Assembly (NCBI GenBank): GCA_038065475.1
Contig: JBBTQY010000006.1
Coordinates: 1 to 49,751, forward strand
DNA from: Patescibacteria group bacterium
GTDB taxonomy: Bacteria; Patescibacteriota; Minisyncoccia; Ryanbacterales; GWA2-47-10b
Reading direction: 5' to 3'
Length of the DNA stretch: 49,751 nucleotides
The notes beneath the pieces are model-generated. The model saw only the letters and a program-made list of their open reading frames with translations. It did no database searches and was not told the origin of the DNA. A program made the position numbers and the translations under genes. Shown piece by piece: positions 37,029 through 45,764 of the stretch (positions are counted from its first letter, which is position 1; the number at the start of each line of letters is the position of its first letter).

Positions 37029-37769
37029 ATGGATACAAATGAATCTTCACCGTCGCAGGGTTCCGGCAAGTCTCAGAGTCTTTCCGTACCATTCGCGATT
37101 GTAGCTGCAGGAGCGCTTGTCGCTTTTGCCATCTACAGCCAAGGCCCGGCTGCCCCCGCGCCCGCTGGTGACAACAACCCTGGGGCAGCAGCAGTAGGCG
37201 GTGCTTTTGCAGCAAAGGAAGTAAACGGCGACGATCATCTTCGTGGCAACCCAGATGCTGCGGTAAAAATTGTCGAATATTCTGATCTTGAGTGCCCGTT
37301 TTGTAAGACCTTCCACAAGACCATGCTGCAGGTCATGGATGAATATGGCAATGATGGCAGGGTAGCATGGGTATATCGCCATTTACCTCTCGATCAAATC
37401 CACCCCAAGGCACGCAAGGAAGCTGAGGCATCTGAGTGTGCAGCAAAACTTGGCGGCAATGACGCCTTCTGGCAATATATCGACAAGATTTTTGAGATCA
37501 CGCCCGCAAACAATGGCCTTGATCATGCGCTTCTCCCGCAAATTGCACAGGACTTAGGTCTTGATCGCGCGGCATTTGAAGCTTGTCTCTCTGGCGGTGA
37601 GTTTGCACAAAAAATATCTGACCAGATGCAGGATGCGGCAGCAGCAGGTGCCCAGGGCACGCCTTATAGCGTAATTATCACCAAAGACGGAAAGACGATC
37701 CCGATAAATGGTGCTCTTCCATACCCATCAGTCAAAGCAATGATTGATCAGGCGTTGGCCACAGAATAG
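37029..37769 (+). CDS. DsbA-family thiol-disulfide oxidoreductase (membrane anchored)
   Basis: EYSDLECPFCK, YRHLPL and the GTP cis-Pro loop. Confidence 0.92.
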   Translation: MDTNESSPSQGSGKSQSLSVPFAIVAAGALVAFAIYSQGPAAPAPAGDNNPGAAAVGGAFAAKEVNGDDHLRGNPDAAVKIVEYSDLECPFCKTFHKTMLQVMDEYGNDGRVAWVYRHLPLDQIHPKARKEAEASECAAKLGGNDAFWQYIDKIFEITPANNGLDHALLPQIAQDLGLDRAAFEACLSGGEFAQKISDQMQDAAAAGAQGTPYSVIITKDGKTIPINGALPYPSVKAMIDQALATE

Positions 37770-37792
37770 GCGAAGAAAAATAAAGAAGCTCG

Positions 37793-37824
37793 CAACCCCT
37801 CCTTGACCGGAGGGGTTGTTTGTT
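37793..37824 (+). terminator. Intrinsic terminator after the DsbA gene
   Basis: CAACCCCTCC-TTGACC-GGAGGGGTTG followed by TTTGTT. Its loop could double as the -35 box of the next gene. Confidence 0.65.
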
Positions 37825-37838
37825 CATAGTATGGCCGC

Positions 37839-38468
37839 ATGGATACCAAGCCTCTCGAGCGCCTGACCGCTGCCCTCTATCGGGTGACTGACCGCATGGC
37901 TGATGAAGAGCCTCTCAAATGGGCTTTACGCCGCACCTCACTCGACCTCTCACAGGCGGCGCTCAAAAATCCTGAATTGCTATCAATACCCGAAGAAGAG
38001 GCACGATCAAAGATGATGGCAACTCTCTTTGCCGAGCTCATCAGACTCTTGGAGCTTGCGGCGTCTATATCATATATTTCCCGTATCAATTTTGAGGTTT
38101 TAATACGCGAGTATCGTCATATCGAATCTAGCATCTTTCGAGGTGGGGAGATGACGCTTATCGAACCAGAAAAAAAACAAGAAGAAGTTCAGGAAAAACC
38201 AAAAGAAGAGGTTGTTGCAAAAGAAAAAAAATATACACAAACGTCTTCACATAGAGAAATGGTTCAACCTTCCGACCGTCAAAAAAAGATTTTGGAGCAT
38301 TTGGTCGCCGTAGAGCGGGGGATAAGCATTGGCGATCTCGTTGCTTATTTTGATGGCAAAATAAGCGATAAAACGATACAGCGAGATTTGATTGAATTGG
38401 TATCGTCCGGATCTATTCGTATTGAGGGTGAGCGCAGATGGCGCAGATACTTCGCTGAAAATCGATAG
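37839..38468 (+). CDS. Helical-bundle plus C-terminal winged-HTH (DeoR-like) DNA-binding protein
   Basis: N-terminal LYRVTD..EPLKW.LR helices and C-terminal RQKKILE..ISDKTIQRDL.ELV..G.I..EGERRWRRY. Confidence 0.75.
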   Translation: MDTKPLERLTAALYRVTDRMADEEPLKWALRRTSLDLSQAALKNPELLSIPEEEARSKMMATLFAELIRLLELAASISYISRINFEVLIREYRHIESSIFRGGEMTLIEPEKKQEEVQEKPKEEVVAKEKKYTQTSSHREMVQPSDRQKKILEHLVAVERGISIGDLVAYFDGKISDKTIQRDLIELVSSGSIRIEGERRWRRYFAENR

Positions 38469-38600
38469 TCTCAAAATCGTTTGTTTATAACGTGTTTCTA
38501 TTGGACATAAAATTTATGTCCTTTATGTCCTATAGAAATCCTTTATTTTTCGTAACAAAAAAGTGACACCATTCGTTAGAACTTTTTAGGCTCATTTTTC

Positions 38601-38629
38601 TTGACATTAGTGGTCTAAAAACCTATACT
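38601..38629 (+). promoter_or_regulatory. Near-consensus sigma70 promoter
   Basis: TTGACA-17 nt-TATACT. Confidence 0.8.
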
Positions 38630-38635
38630 CTTTTC

Positions 38636-39131
38636 ATAGGTTGAGACTCTCAATTTGCGTCAATTTTGCGTTTATCCACAACGCTTCCAATTGAATGAGC
38701 TCTCGAGCCTAACGTATACTAATGCTAGTGATGTTCTTGGCTGACTGAGTCATTTTGAGAGGGGCCATTTTTTGGCTTCTTTAAGGCGTTTAGGGGTTTT
38801 TCTCTGAAACTTGCTCGAGTATCCTTTGGCAATCTTCAGGGTGAAACGACAGATTTTACTGATTGAAAGGCCTTTGAAAACTTCATAACTAATTGTTCGG
38901 AAGATTCCGAAATTCAACATTCTTAACTTGCTATTAAAAATCAGCAAAGCTTGGGCAATGCTTTGTTGATCCCGGCTCCGCCTCTGTGTCTTTCTAGACA
39001 TAGAGGCGGGGCTGGGTAGTCAAAGGGCCCTATTACAAAAAAGTACTGACAACGGAAGCTCGAAATCGTGTTCCTTTGGTCGAGGAACTTAGCGAATTCG
39101 GGCATTATATTATCAAAAAGAAAGAAACCAC
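38636..39131 (+). ncRNA. Long structured 5' leader or ncRNA candidate
   Basis: No credible ORF. It holds at least six hairpins with G-U pairs that form on the + strand, and lies directly after a strong promoter. Confidence 0.55.
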
Positions 39132-42100
39132 ATGAGTAATTTCAAAAAAACAGGGAGGAAAGCCCTCTCAGTTTTAGTGAGTGTGGCGACTGTAACGTGG
39201 TTGGTTGGTGCTCCTCTTGCTGCTTCAGCGGCATTGACCCAATCGCAGATCGATAACATTATCGGTCTTCTCCAATCGTTTGGTGCAGATAGCGCCACGG
39301 TTAACAACGTTCGCACGTCACTCTCAGGCGGTACACCTACGGGTGGCACCGGCACAGGTACTGGCACAGTAGGCAGCTGCGGTTTTACCCGCGACTTGAC
39401 CTTGAATGTGACAGGTGAAGACGTCCGCTGCTTGCAGCAATATCTCAACGGCGCCGGATTCATGGTTTCGTCAACAGGTGCAGGTTCACCTGGTAGCGAA
39501 TCAACCTTTTTCGGATCGAAGTCACAGGCAGCAGTAGCCAAATGGCAGGCTGCAAATGGCATCACGCCATCAGCTGGATACTTCGGTGCAAAGTCACGCG
39601 CAGCTTATAACTCAATGGCAGGTGGCACCACGCCTCCTCCAGGCACAACTCCTCCTCCGGTAGTACCGGGAGGTTCAGGACTTTCAGTCTTTAAGACTTC
39701 AAGTCAGCCAGTAAATGGTCTTGCTCCTGCAAACGCAGCACGCTTGCCATTTACCAATGTAAGCTTTACTGCTTCATCTGACGGTGATGTAGTAGTAAAT
39801 TCAATCACCGCTCAGCTCAACGGTCCTACAGATACCGATCCTTTCGCTGGTATCGTAGTCGTTGATGAAAACGGTGTTCAGCTTGGCGATGCAAAGACTT
39901 TCAATTCAGCACGACAAGTTGTCCTTACCGCACCTTTCACGGTTAAGGCAGGACAGACTCGCTGGATGACCATCGCTGCAAACATGGATTCAACTTTGTC
40001 TGACGACGCAGGAAACGTAGCGAGCATTGCAGTTGTTGGTGTAAACACATCAGCAGTTGTAAATGGCAGCTACCCAATCGAGGGGGCGATTCACACGTTG
40101 AACTCAAACCTTACCCTTGGCTCAGTTTCAATGAGCCGCGGATCAGTAGATCCAGGCGCTGCACAGACGAAAGAAGTTGGAACCACGGGTTACAATTTCT
40201 CATCGATCAAAATCACTGGCGGCACTGAAGACGTTCGCGTCAAGTCAATCCGCTGGTACCAATCAGAATCAGCAGCATCAGGTGACCTTGCCAATCTCAA
40301 GACTGTGGTTGACGATGTATCATATGACGCTACGTTGAGCGCAGACGGCAAATACTACGTGACGGTATTCCCATCAGGTGGTATTTCTATCCCAGAAGGT
40401 ACCGCAAAGGATGTAACCATTCGTGGTGATATCGTTGGCGGTGCAGCTCGCAAGGTTGACTTTGACATTGCGAAGCGCTCAGACATTCACGTTGTAGAAT
40501 GGATTTCAGGCGCAGAACGCTACGGCATTCTCCCTCCATTCGCAGGCAGTGCAGCTACCGCTGACACTTCAAACTTCAACAACGCAGATGACAACTACTA
40601 CGAAGCTTCTGTTGTAACAATCAACGCAGGCCTCGTAACAGTAAGTAACTGGACTTCAGGCGTTCCTGCAGCAAACATTGCAGAAAACACCCTCAATCAG
40701 CCTATTGCTGGTATCGCTGTTGATGTAAAGGGTGAGGCAGTATCAGTTCAGCAGATGAAGTTTGACATCGATATCAACGAAAGTTCAGGTACCGATGCAA
40801 CTATCGCTGATCTTACAAACCTCACGCTCGTTGATGGCACCGGCAAGGTTCTTGCAGGTCCAAAGGATGGCAGCGGTTCTGGTGATTCAGGTTCAATTAC
40901 CTTCACCGACACCATCACCTTCCAGCCAGGTATTACCAATGTAAAGCTTATTGGTAAGCTTGGTACTGACTTCGACACCAACGACACGATTCAGGCTTCA
41001 ACCACTCCGGGCAGCACAAGCTACTGGATCACGGTAAAGGGCCAGAATTCAAACAACACGATTACCCCAACGCCGGCTTCAGCGATCACTGGTTCACTCC
41101 AGACCGTAAAGTCAGGTTCACTCACCGTGAGTGTTTCATCACTCCCGACTGCGCGCACCATCGTTCCGGGTAACCAAGTTGAGCTTTCTCGCTATGTATT
41201 TGACGCAGGTCAATCAGGTGAGGATCTTCGCATGAGCACGATTCCGCTCTTCTTTAACACGAGTGGTACTCGTACTGATGTACAGAACTGTCAGCTTTAC
41301 AACGGCACGACTTCTGTAAACGCAAGCAACAAGCTTAACCCAGGTACTTCTGACACTGCTTCATCGACTTCACTTACCTTCGATGGCACGGGCCTTATCC
41401 TTGCAAAGGGTTCGGTCACAACACTCTCACTCAAGTGTGATGTTCGTACTGGTGCATCAGGTACTCTTATGTGGGGTATCGATGACGGCCAGAACTCAGC
41501 GTACACAGGTGTAAGCGGTAAGGACAGCGGTCAGACGATCACCGAAACTTTCGTTGATGCAAGTGGTCAACACCACATAGTATCAACTGGAGGTTCATAC
41601 ACGGTGACCGCAGACAGCTCAACCCTCTATAAGGTGGTACAGGCCGGCGCAACCGATATTCCGGTTGGTGCATGGCAAGTTGAAGCAAGCAATGTTGAGA
41701 ACATCACATTGGTTCGCATGAACTTCGCACTCGGCGGTGTTGCTTCAAATACACCAGCAAGCTTGCAGAGCCAGAAGATTACTCTCTGGGACGGTTCAAC
41801 CCAACTCGGTGAGGCAATCTTCCAGAACTCAGGTCCATTTGCTGACTATGCAACATCATCTTCACACGTAGGAAACGCCAATGGTCTTAACCTCACGGTT
41901 CCTCGCGGTGAATTCAGGACGGTGACTGCAAAGGCAAGCTTTAGCGCTATTGACGCTAACGCAGCTAGCACTATGATCGGTGGCTTCCTCATCGTTAACT
42001 ACGATGGTGACAGCAATGGTACCAGCGATGGTAACTATGCAGTTGGCGCTGACTCAGGAACTAATATCACGGGTGCGTCTGCAGACCAGACAACCAATGG

Positions 42101-42746
42101 TGTTCGTGTCTTCCGCTCAGTACCTACTATCACTGATGTAACTCCAGCAGGCGTTAAGCTCGTACAAGACGCTGACTTGATGCAAATCAAGATCGCTGCC
42201 GGCTCAGGCCGCGCAATCGGTGTTCGCGCACTTTCGTTCAACGTAGCAACGGTTGGTGCAACTGTGACCGGATTCCAAGTATACGGTCCTTCAGGAGCAC
42301 TTAACTCAACTGCCCAGAACGCAGGTATCGCTGGTGGCAACGGAGATTACCTCCGCATCACCTTCGATGACACGGCAACTGACCGCATCATCCCAGCTGG
42401 CGGCTATAAGATCTATAGCATCCGCGCTAACTCGGTGACCGGTTTGACCTCTGCAAACCAGGAAAGCATCAGCTTTACCTTGCGCGCAGACTCAGCTTAC
42501 CCAGGTCTCCAGAATTTGGTGGCCCAGGTTTATGACCTTGAAGGTAGCCAGTCAACTGGTGGTGACGTTTCATCGGTCGCCGCTTCAACGACTGACAACT
42601 TCCTCTGGACGTCGTTTAGCACCACGACACCTCCGTCAATCGGCACAGCCGCTATGAACGAGCTTGCCGACTGGACGAACGGTTACGGTGTACCCGGCTT
42701 CCCATCAGTAGGTCAGAACTTCCAGCCACGCTCATTCACTGACTAA
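39132..42746 (+). CDS. Large secreted surface protein (S-layer-like) with a peptidoglycan-binding domain
   Basis: Signal peptide ending AASA; PG-binding motif FTRDL..GEDVRCLQQYLN..FG..SQAAVAKWQ; a long Thr/Ser/Gly-rich beta region; strongly biased codon use. Confidence 0.8.
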   Translation: MSNFKKTGRKALSVLVSVATVTWLVGAPLAASAALTQSQIDNIIGLLQSFGADSATVNNVRTSLSGGTPTGGTGTGTGTVGSCGFTRDLTLNVTGEDVRCLQQYLNGAGFMVSSTGAGSPGSESTFFGSKSQAAVAKWQAANGITPSAGYFGAKSRAAYNSMAGGTTPPPGTTPPPVVPGGSGLSVFKTSSQPVNGLAPANAARLPFTNVSFTASSDGDVVVNSITAQLNGPTDTDPFAGIVVVDENGVQLGDAKTFNSARQVVLTAPFTVKAGQTRWMTIAANMDSTLSDDAGNVASIAVVGVNTSAVVNGSYPIEGAIHTLNSNLTLGSVSMSRGSVDPGAAQTKEVGTTGYNFSSIKITGGTEDVRVKSIRWYQSESAASGDLANLKTVVDDVSYDATLSADGKYYVTVFPSGGISIPEGTAKDVTIRGDIVGGAARKVDFDIAKRSDIHVVEWISGAERYGILPPFAGSAATADTSNFNNADDNYYEASVVTINAGLVTVSNWTSGVPAANIAENTLNQPIAGIAVDVKGEAVSVQQMKFDIDINESSGTDATIADLTNLTLVDGTGKVLAGPKDGSGSGDSGSITFTDTITFQPGITNVKLIGKLGTDFDTNDTIQASTTPGSTSYWITVKGQNSNNTITPTPASAITGSLQTVKSGSLTVSVSSLPTARTIVPGNQVELSRYVFDAGQSGEDLRMSTIPLFFNTSGTRTDVQNCQLYNGTTSVNASNKLNPGTSDTASSTSLTFDGTGLILAKGSVTTLSLKCDVRTGASGTLMWGIDDGQNSAYTGVSGKDSGQTITETFVDASGQHHIVSTGGSYTVTADSSTLYKVVQAGATDIPVGAWQVEASNVENITLVRMNFALGGVASNTPASLQSQKITLWDGSTQLGEAIFQNSGPFADYATSSSHVGNANGLNLTVPRGEFRTVTAKASFSAIDANAASTMIGGFLIVNYDGDSNGTSDGNYAVGADSGTNITGASADQTTNGVRVFRSVPTITDVTPAGVKLVQDADLMQIKIAAGSGRAIGVRALSFNVATVGATVTGFQVYGPSGALNSTAQNAGIAGGNGDYLRITFDDTATDRIIPAGGYKIYSIRANSVTGLTSANQESISFTLRADSAYPGLQNLVAQVYDLEGSQSTGGDVSSVAASTTDNFLWTSFSTTTPPSIGTAAMNELADWTNGYGVPGFPSVGQNFQPRSFTD

Positions 42747-42787
42747 TTGAGTCACTTGTGCCTCGCAGCTTCGCTGCTAGGGACTCG

Positions 42788-42822
42788 CAAAACCACCCCC
42801 GAAAGGGGGTGGTTTTGTTTTG
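42788..42822 (+). terminator. Intrinsic terminator
   Basis: CAAAACCACCCCC-GAAA-GGGGGTGGTTTTG followed by a T tract. Confidence 0.88.
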
Positions 42823-42856
42823 TGTTGAATTTTTCCTTCTGAATCGTTAGAATGAT

Positions 42857-43525
42857 ATGACTATGCAACTTCGCAACAAAATACTACCGATCACCCTAGC
42901 TGTCGTTATCTTCGGCGGTGCTGGTTGGTATTTGTACCGTGATATCAAGAAACTCCCAGAAAATAACATACCGCAAGAAAACTCCCTACAAGGTAATCAA
43001 AACGCTACAACAACAGACGATAATCCTACGATAACTATTTTACCCCCCAACCCTGCACCTTCGGAGCTCGATCGCCCGCTCGTGTTTAAAAATAGCAACT
43101 TATCAGATGCTCAAAAGCAGACAATTGAAGATAAGATCAAAGAGCTTATAGCAGATTTACGTAAAAACCCAGGACATTATGAGGCGTGGCTTGATCTTGG
43201 TTTGAATCGCAAGGATGCCGGTGATTATGAGGGTGCGCGTGACGCATGGGAGCGCGCGGTACTTGTTGATCCGAGTCGTTCGGTTGCTTATGGTAACCTC
43301 GGTGTCGTATACGGATTTTATTTGGGCAATCAACCTCTCGCAGAAAAAAACTTTAACGAAGCGATAAACATCGATCCGCAATTCTTGTATTTATACGGGC
43401 AGTTCTCAGACTTCTATAAAAATATTGTAAAAGATATTGCAAAAGCAAAAGAAGTTCTCCGAAGGGCGCAGGATGCAAATCCTAAAGACCGGGCGGAAAT
43501 TCAGAAAATCATCGATAGTTTTTAA
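42857..43525 (+). CDS. Membrane-anchored TPR protein
   Basis: N-terminal TM helix and TPR motifs (AWLDLG..AGDYEGA..AWERA, AYGNLG). Confidence 0.8.
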   Translation: MTMQLRNKILPITLAVVIFGGAGWYLYRDIKKLPENNIPQENSLQGNQNATTTDDNPTITILPPNPAPSELDRPLVFKNSNLSDAQKQTIEDKIKELIADLRKNPGHYEAWLDLGLNRKDAGDYEGARDAWERAVLVDPSRSVAYGNLGVVYGFYLGNQPLAEKNFNEAINIDPQFLYLYGQFSDFYKNIVKDIAKAKEVLRRAQDANPKDRAEIQKIIDSF

Positions 43526-43536
43526 TTTGTGTTTCT

Positions 43537-44241
43537 ATGAGCCGTGTGGTCATAGTGACCCCGACCTACAATGAGCGTAAGAATATTGGCCCGCTCATCG
43601 AGGCGATTTTCAAGCTCGGTATTCCCGAGCTTTCGCTTGTGGTAGCTGACGACAACTCTCCTGATGGTACTGCTGATGTCGCCGAAGTTTTTGCGGGGCG
43701 TTATCCTGTACGCGTCATACGACGTACGGGCGAAAAAGGTTTGGGCCGAGCATACATTGAAGCGTTTAGAGATGTGATGAGTCGTGAAAACCCCGATTAT
43801 ATTATTCAGATGGATGCCGATCTTTCTCATGATCCCGCAGCGATTCCGCTGTTGCTTCATGCTGCCGAAAGTGCCGATGTTGTTATCGGTTCACGCTACA
43901 TAGGGGGAGGACAAATTGAAAACTGGGAGCTATCGCGAAGACTCGTAAGTCGCTTCGGAAATTTTTATGCACGCATGGTACTTTGGCTTCCGTATCGCGA
44001 TCTTACCGGAGGATTTCGCTGTTTCCAAAGAAAGGTGATTGATGCGGTACCCTTTGAGAAAGTGGGCTCGGTTGGTTATAATTTTATGATAGAGACGCTT
44101 TGGCACATTCATCGAGGCAGGTTTTTTGTAGTAGAGGTGCCGATCATATTTCGTGAGCGCAAAGAAGGAGTCTCAAAGTTTAATATTGGTATTATGATCG
44201 AGTGTTTTTGGCGGGTACTTAAGCTACGTTTTCGGGGATGA
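43537..44241 (+). CDS. Polyprenol-phosphate mannose synthase-like GT2
   Basis: PTYNERKNI, DDNSPDGT, QMDADLSHDP, GSRY and DLTGGFR motifs. Confidence 0.9.
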   Translation: MSRVVIVTPTYNERKNIGPLIEAIFKLGIPELSLVVADDNSPDGTADVAEVFAGRYPVRVIRRTGEKGLGRAYIEAFRDVMSRENPDYIIQMDADLSHDPAAIPLLLHAAESADVVIGSRYIGGGQIENWELSRRLVSRFGNFYARMVLWLPYRDLTGGFRCFQRKVIDAVPFEKVGSVGYNFMIETLWHIHRGRFFVVEVPIIFRERKEGVSKFNIGIMIECFWRVLKLRFRG

Positions 44242-45764
44242 GGAAAGTATTTTTTCTTGTACTCTTTTTATCGATTCCAGGGAGAGTTTTTGCATCCGAT
44301 GTTCATATCACCGAGGTTCTTTTTAATCCCGCAGGTTCTGATACGGGCGCTGAGTATGTTGTGATTAAAAATATTGGCGCGGACACCAAAGAACTTACGG
44401 GGTGGCAGCTGTATCCTGACGGTATCGGATATTTTACGTTTCCTTCATTTTCGCTCGATGCTGGTGCGTCGGTGAAGATATTTTTGCGGCAGTCCGGGAA
44501 TAATTCAGCGACAGCACTGTATCATCAAACGCCTGCAGCTAACATGGGCAACACATCAGGATCGGTCGCACTTTTTTCGAGCACCCAGCATGATGCCTCA
44601 ACTCTCATTGATTTTATGCAATACGGGAGAGCTGGCGAGACGTGGGAGACAAACGCAGATGAGGCAGGACTTTGGATAAAGGGCGAGTTTATCTCAATAC
44701 ATGCAGATGAGGAAGGCATGATACTGCGTCGTTCGGGCGATACACACATGACGTCTGCTTGGCAGGGTAGCATAGAGACGGCTAATGAGACGGATTCATC
44801 AGGTACTCAAGAAGATAGCTTATCGAGCGATGACGTAAAAGAAAATACAGGCGCTGGCGGCAAGATATCTTCGGGGCCAGTGTTTACTCCTAAGATTCGT
44901 GCATTTGCAGGATCAGACCGTGTGAGTATTGCGGGTGCCGAAGTTGTTTTTTCGGGGCGAGCTCTCGACGATGAGGACGCCTTGATTGAGAGCCAACTTG
45001 TGCGATATATGTGGAACTTTGGTGATGGCACTTTTGCTGAAGGTAAAAACGTTGTTCATGCATATTTATATCCGGGCACCTACACAGCAACGCTTATTAT
45101 CGTTCAGGGGGAAGATATGATGCAAGATGAATGTCTTGTGCGTGTTGGCGACAATACGGTACGTATCAATGAGGTGCTGCCTGGCCCACAGGGTTGGATT
45201 GAGCTTGCAAATATTTCCACACTTTCCGTTGATATTAGTAAGTGGTATCTGCAGGATGCTAGCGGTTCCTCATTTCTTTTGCCTGTGGGCACGCGTATTG
45301 CAGGAGGTGGCTTTGTAGTTCTTGCCAATGACACAACAAAAGTTGCACAAAATAGTTCAAGTGTATTTCCAATTACTCTTCGTTATCAGAATGCTAAAGA
45401 GGCCGATAGCTTTATGTATAGTGGCGCGGTGTCCGCAGGACTATCGGCCGCGCGTAGTGAGGGCGAGATTGTTTTGGGGCAAAAAACTCCTGGCTTACAG
45501 AATAGTATAAGAAAAGAGAAGACGGTTCTTGTCGCAGCTAGTAAGCCAGAAGCGGTTGTTGCAAACCCCCCGGTATTAGCCCAAGAAACGACCACTCCTG
45601 CCGTTTTGCATGAGGAACGCGAAATAGATCAGCAGGCATCGGTGTTTAATACTGTAGCCGCAGGGCCCGCAGGAGAGATGAAGTGGCTTTTAGCAAGTAT
45701 TCTCGCGGGGCTCTTTGTTGGTTTGTCTGCGTTGTTTATCCGCGCTCGTAGACTCCAGCAGTAA
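44238..45764 (+). CDS. Surface protein: lamin-tail domain - PKD - lamin-tail domain, with C-terminal TM anchor
   Basis: ITEVLFNPAGSD..EYV, WNFGDG..HAY..PGTY and INEV..WIEL.N motifs, then a terminal hydrophobic helix plus RARR. Confidence 0.8.
   Translation: MRKVFFLVLFLSIPGRVFASDVHITEVLFNPAGSDTGAEYVVIKNIGADTKELTGWQLYPDGIGYFTFPSFSLDAGASVKIFLRQSGNNSATALYHQTPAANMGNTSGSVALFSSTQHDASTLIDFMQYGRAGETWETNADEAGLWIKGEFISIHADEEGMILRRSGDTHMTSAWQGSIETANETDSSGTQEDSLSSDDVKENTGAGGKISSGPVFTPKIRAFAGSDRVSIAGAEVVFSGRALDDEDALIESQLVRYMWNFGDGTFAEGKNVVHAYLYPGTYTATLIIVQGEDMMQDECLVRVGDNTVRINEVLPGPQGWIELANISTLSVDISKWYLQDASGSSFLLPVGTRIAGGGFVVLANDTTKVAQNSSSVFPITLRYQNAKEADSFMYSGAVSAGLSAARSEGEIVLGQKTPGLQNSIRKEKTVLVAASKPEAVVANPPVLAQETTTPAVLHEEREIDQQASVFNTVAAGPAGEMKWLLASILAGLFVGLSALFIRARRLQQ

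Noticed and set aside
38672-38680. Perfect DnaA box TTATCCACA suggesting oriC in the long intergenic region
   Set aside because: It is a single box inside a predicted RNA stem-loop, with no box cluster and no dnaA/dnaN nearby. GC-skew analysis would be needed to revisit this.
38750-39001. 83-aa minus-strand ORF in the long leader
   Set aside because: No recognisable protein features. It is antisense to a strong promoter and overlaps + strand RNA stems.
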